From Narcine bancroftii (Eukaryota): a DNA stretch of 64,000 nucleotides. The stretch spans positions 83,204,001 through 83,268,000 of the forward strand of contig NC_091479.1 of assembly GCF_036971445.1 (NCBI RefSeq), read 5' to 3'. Below the pieces are notes generated by a model, which saw nothing but the letters and a program-made list of their open reading frames with translations, was not told the origin of the DNA and searched no databases. The translations under genes were made by a program, and so were the position numbers. Below, one piece after another: positions 60,001-64,000 of this stretch; the first letter of the stretch is position 1, and every line of letters begins with the position of its first letter.

Positions 60001-63000
60001 GAATGCTATAGTCCAGAGCTGGATTGGTGGAGCTTTGTAGCTTCGATGCCAGATCCACTTGTGGAGTTCTCAGCTTGTGAATGCAAAGGGATGATCTATG
60101 TAATAGGTGGATACACCACACGAGGTGAGTTATCACCTTTTTCAGCATAACCTTTGGAAGAGTTCAGCTTTGCTCATCACCACAAATATTCACGAATAAC
60201 TTGCAACTGGCATCATGGTCATGTGAAAACATTGATATAAGTTCTCGTTACAATGTTAAGTTCCTGGTCTTGGTTCCATGTTGTAAACTGGAGATAGGTA
60301 TTTTTGTAGAGATTTAGAAGTTCGATTGTGAGGCATCTGTCTAGGGCTTGCTGGTGCATTAATGTGTAACACCACAGAGATCTTGCAAAGTTTTCTTTTT
60401 AATAACATTGATCCAAAAGGAACATCAGTTTCAACACTGAAACTGTATCAACTTTTCAAGTCTTGGTATTCCTTCAAATCAAAAAGAATATTAGGACAGA
60501 AGTTTTAAATCTACTTTATTTGACTGAAGATGTGCTTATACTAAAAATAATTGGCATGTTCCCAATTATCATAATTGATATTCTGAACTTGTCATTGGGA
60601 GATGATGATCCTAGATCAAACTTTTCTCCCCATTTAATTGAGATGATTTTTTGTAGCAGGATTTTATGTTCCCTACAAATGGGTTAGCAGGCTAAAACAT
60701 TAAGTATTTCAGTTCTTTAAAAATTAACTGTATCACCAAGGCCAAACAAAAAGGCTTCACAAAAGCCATGTCATCTATTGGCTATTGTGGAAGTAGTCCA
60801 ATGGGACTGAACGGATAGCTGTATGAGCAGCCAAGCATGAACATAACGTGCTGAGTAATAGCTGTGATTTTTGTTTGGAATCCATAAGGTTTGTCTCTGT
60901 AATTTTTCAAAATGTTATACCCTAACACCTGATCCAAGTTAGTGATTTTAATAGGGATAATACTGCAAAATCCCCATTATCTGGGGATCAATTATGTTGG
61001 ATATGCAAATTTTCCAGTTGACTGAGACTCACTAATACACCTGCATTAAGAATACACCATTTAAAAAAAAAGACAGTGGAAAATGTAAAGTAATTTGATA
61101 ATAATCATTATTGTATTCTTTAATTATGTGAAGTTCACTTGCAGTAAATTATGTAACTTACAAAATTTAAATTTAAATTCAACCCCCAGTTGCTAGTGCT
61201 GTAGCAGCATTGCACAAACTGCTCTTCTACCGTGCCACCACCATAATTCACCCCCCTCCCCCATCTTTACAGGTAAATCCTTACTAATATACTTAATACT
61301 AATAAAAGTATAGACTCTTACTAAGCAGGGATAGGGAGACACTTTGGGAGAGTTGCCCCAACGGCAAGTGGCATCGATCAGCTCTTCATCCTGGTGTCCA
61401 GGTCAGGCCCTCGGTGCAACCCAACTCTTCTCTGCATAAATGTCCTGGTCAGGCCCTTGGCACAACCTGTGTCACCATGGCAGTGTCGGTGCAACCCAAC
61501 TCACCTCCACACCAGTGTCCCGGTCAGGCCCTGACAACCTGGCTCGCCTCCACACAAATGATGACAGCGAAAATAATGCGTGCCCATTGAGGGGCATTGC
61601 TGATTCAGTGGGGCAAATCTGCACATGTCCAATGAAGTCTCAGCACACCCCCATGGGGTCCATCTTCCCAGTCTTAGTTCTTTGTAATTATTTATTTATT
61701 TCCTCTTTTTTCGGCGCCAGTTGTTTGAGTTTCTAGTTGATTGAATGCTGGATAATGAAGATTTTCCTGTATTACTATTTTGAAGTACACAAGTATTTGA
61801 ATTCTTTTTCTTAACTTTGCAAATTCAGTTCATTCCATGTGGCACTCTGTCCTATTCATGTGATTTGTTTTCCCAAATAGTGGTGAAATTAAGGATTAAC
61901 CTTGTCTTTAAATCTGCATCCCGTCTAGAATTATGAGCTGCTTCAATTCCCATGCTTGCCTCAACTAATAGTACAGTAAAAGCCCCTGGCATGTGGCATC
62001 TATGGGGATTGCAGATGCCGGATATGTGAAATTTCCGGTTGACCGAGACTCACTTTTAAAATGCATAACTAATACAGCTGCTTAAGGATGCAGTGTTTAA
62101 AAGACAAAAGACAGTGTAAAATATAATTTTTTTTAAAAATCAGTATTGTAATCCTTAATTATGTAAAGTTCACATAATTGTGTAATTCCTGCAACGTACA
62201 AAACAATTGGCGCTGTAACAATGTTGCATTAACCGCTATGCTAACCGAGCTGCCGTCATAATTAACACCCCTGCAGTTCCCCCCCCCCCCCCCCCCCCCA
62301 AGTTTACAGATTAAAGCCTTAATACTGATAAAAATAAAGATTCTTCCTAGGCAGGGATAGGGAGACATTTTGGGAAAGTCGCCCAAGTGGCACAGGCCGG
62401 CTCTTCATCCTGGGCACTGCCATTTTATTCAAATGCAACTTTATTGAAACTTCATTCAAGCAGCTGCTGCGGGCAGGGCCCGACTGGGGCGTTCTGCTGG
62501 CTGAATATTTGCTCCCATCTTCACCAAGGAGTTGTGTCTTGGTTTGGAGAAATTTTACTTTTATAATTTTAAACTTTAATTTTTAAAAATTTATTTTTAT
62601 GCATCCTGCCCATTATTTATTTATTTATTTGCTTATTTTTTTGCCAGTTGCTTGAATTCCAGATACCGGGAATTTTTTTTTACTGTATTTCACTTTTGTG
62701 ATGAAAATTTTTGCAGCCATTATTTGGACAATCGTTTCTTGAGTTAGCACATGTAAAACCTAAACTGGAAATTTTTGTATAAAGCTTCTCCAAAACTTGA
62801 CCTCATTCAGTTGCAGTTCTAGTCACTGTTAATAGGATCAACTTTGTCCAATGTGTTCCTGCCCCCTTAAAGTCCATGGGAAATTAAACTGTTAAGCTCT
62901 GCCTTTTAGAAGATAAAACTGTATTGGGAGTGTTGTTTAAAATCTTGTTTATGGATTCGCTTAAAATTACTTTCAATTCCAGAGAGAAACATGAACATAT

Positions 63001-63428
63001 TACGATACTCTCCTACATCAGATGCCTGGACTGTTGTAGAATCCTGTGAGATTCATATTCGTAAACAACAGATGGTTTCAGTGGAAGATACTATTTATCT
63101 TGTGGGTGGCTGCATTCATGAGAAAGGTGGAAGTAAGAAGGGAAGCCATACTGAAGACATGCTCACTGTACAGTCCTATAATGTGAGCACAAGGGAATGG
63201 CTCTGCCTTAAGGAAAACACATCAAAATCTGGCCTAAATTTGACTTCTACATTGCACAATGATGGAATCTACATCATAAACAGAGATATTACAATATCAA
63301 CCAGCCGTGAATATCGTGTGTTCTTGAAATACAATATATTTTCAGATATGTGGGAAGCCATTCGACGTTTTCCACCATTTGGTCAGAACATTTTACTCTG
63401 CTCATTGTATTACCCTGATGTACTTTGA
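56274..63428 (+). CDS. KLHL42: Kelch-like protein 42 (BTB-Kelch CUL3 adaptor), 3 exons, 466 aa
   Basis: Exons 56274-57034, 59931-60124, 62983-63428 in frame (1401 nt). BTB start KRKLIEKSDYFRALYESGMKE; kelch motifs YLFIVGGY, LYAVGGQ, IYVIGGY; C-terminal CLKENTSKSGLNLT and FLKYNIFSD typical of KLHL42. Confidence 0.96.
57728..59402 (-). mobile_element. Penelope-like element (RT plus GIY-YIG endonuclease) with inverted terminal pLTR copy
   Basis: RT motifs MRTHMGPSFACLFVG and YTDDYIG; GIY-YIG-like GVIYCIQCSCCGLLYI; gctggagaaactcagcaggt (about 57739) is inverted as acctgctgagtttttccagc (about 59343). Confidence 0.88.
57797..57830 (-). ncRNA. Minimal type I hammerhead ribozyme motif in the PLE pLTR (variant)
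   Basis: acc-TTGATGA-a-gggc(tcaa)gccc-GAAAC-ATT-ggt; stem I acc/ggt, stem II gggc/gccc. Confidence 0.55.
59931..60124 (+). CDS. KLHL42: KLHL42 exon 2
   Basis: tttcag|(R)SNFKLLAVSGKLYAVGGQ...IYVIGGYTTR|gtgagt; 194 nt. Confidence 0.95.
60963..61769. mobile_element. TA-flanked Tigger-like MITE, copy 1
   Basis: ta|ctgcaaaatccccattatc ... gataatgaagattttcctg|ta; colinear with 61974-62685. Confidence 0.75.
61974..62685. mobile_element. TA-flanked Tigger-like MITE, copy 2
   Basis: ta|cagtaaaa ... ttttactg|ta; shares gagactcac, aattatgt.aagttcac and gcagggatagggagaca blocks with copy 1. Confidence 0.8.
62983..63428 (+). CDS. KLHL42: KLHL42 exon 3
   Basis: ttccag|(E)RNMNILRYSPTSDAW...YPDVL*. Confidence 0.95.
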
Positions 63429-64000
63429 AAAGGTATTGTTTGGAATGACATTGGTGCATAGAGATCATTAAACAATGCAGGGCTTTTAAAATGTGGTTTA
63501 TTTATATGCTAAATTACTCTTCTGTAAAAGAGACAAGAACTGGTCATTATTGTCAGATGATGAGTAAAGAAGTAAGATATTACAAGTTGCTGCACACAAA
63601 CAGAGTTGGCTGCTACACAAAGGGGCCTCCATAAATGTTACACTTAGGAAACAACATCAAGCATCATTGATAAAAGGCTAAAAGTATCGTGTCCTGCACT
63701 AAACCCTAGCATCTGCAGATTTTCTTGTTTACTACAAAGCATAATGAATTACTTAGGATTACATATACATTATGCATTATATTTATTAACACAAGCTGTA
63801 AGGTACTTGTCTGCATGAATGTAATACAGCGATTAATGATGGCTGCTAAAGAGGGATCTTCAGTCTTGTTCTTTAAAAGAAACTAATGACAAAGCTATCT
63901 TCTAGTGAACCATGATGTTAGGGTTGTGAGTGAAACTATGTCGTGCATTTAAGGCAGTATGCCTGCATTGCCGTAACAGTTCACTTTAAAAGTTTTGCGT

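Overview
Vertebrate nuclear DNA, AT-rich and intron/TE-rich. The repeat content (CR1, Rex/Babar, L1, Tx1, Penelope-like elements, tRNA-SINEs) suggests a cartilaginous fish; this is inference. Three spliced genes are reconstructable exon by exon with GT-AG sites and consistent phases: MRPS35 (+, 8 coding exons, 6299-26822, 335 aa), MANSC4 (-, 3 coding exons, 49476-46697, 329 aa) and KLHL42 (+, 3 exons, 56274-63428, 466 aa). This is the same order and orientation as the human 12p11 block. The rest is mostly decayed transposons. The most notable find is a 548-bp non-coding retroposon (3628-4175) flanked by a 10-bp TSD, whose first base is exactly the predicted cleavage site of an HDV-like double-pseudoknot ribozyme. 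Also present: minimal hammerhead motifs in Penelope-like termini, a solo LTR with a 4-bp TSD, TA-flanked MITEs, a uORF overlapping the MANSC4 start codon, and a 72-bp duplication flanking MRPS35 exon 2. All structures were read by eye; TE family names come from motif recognition, not database searches.
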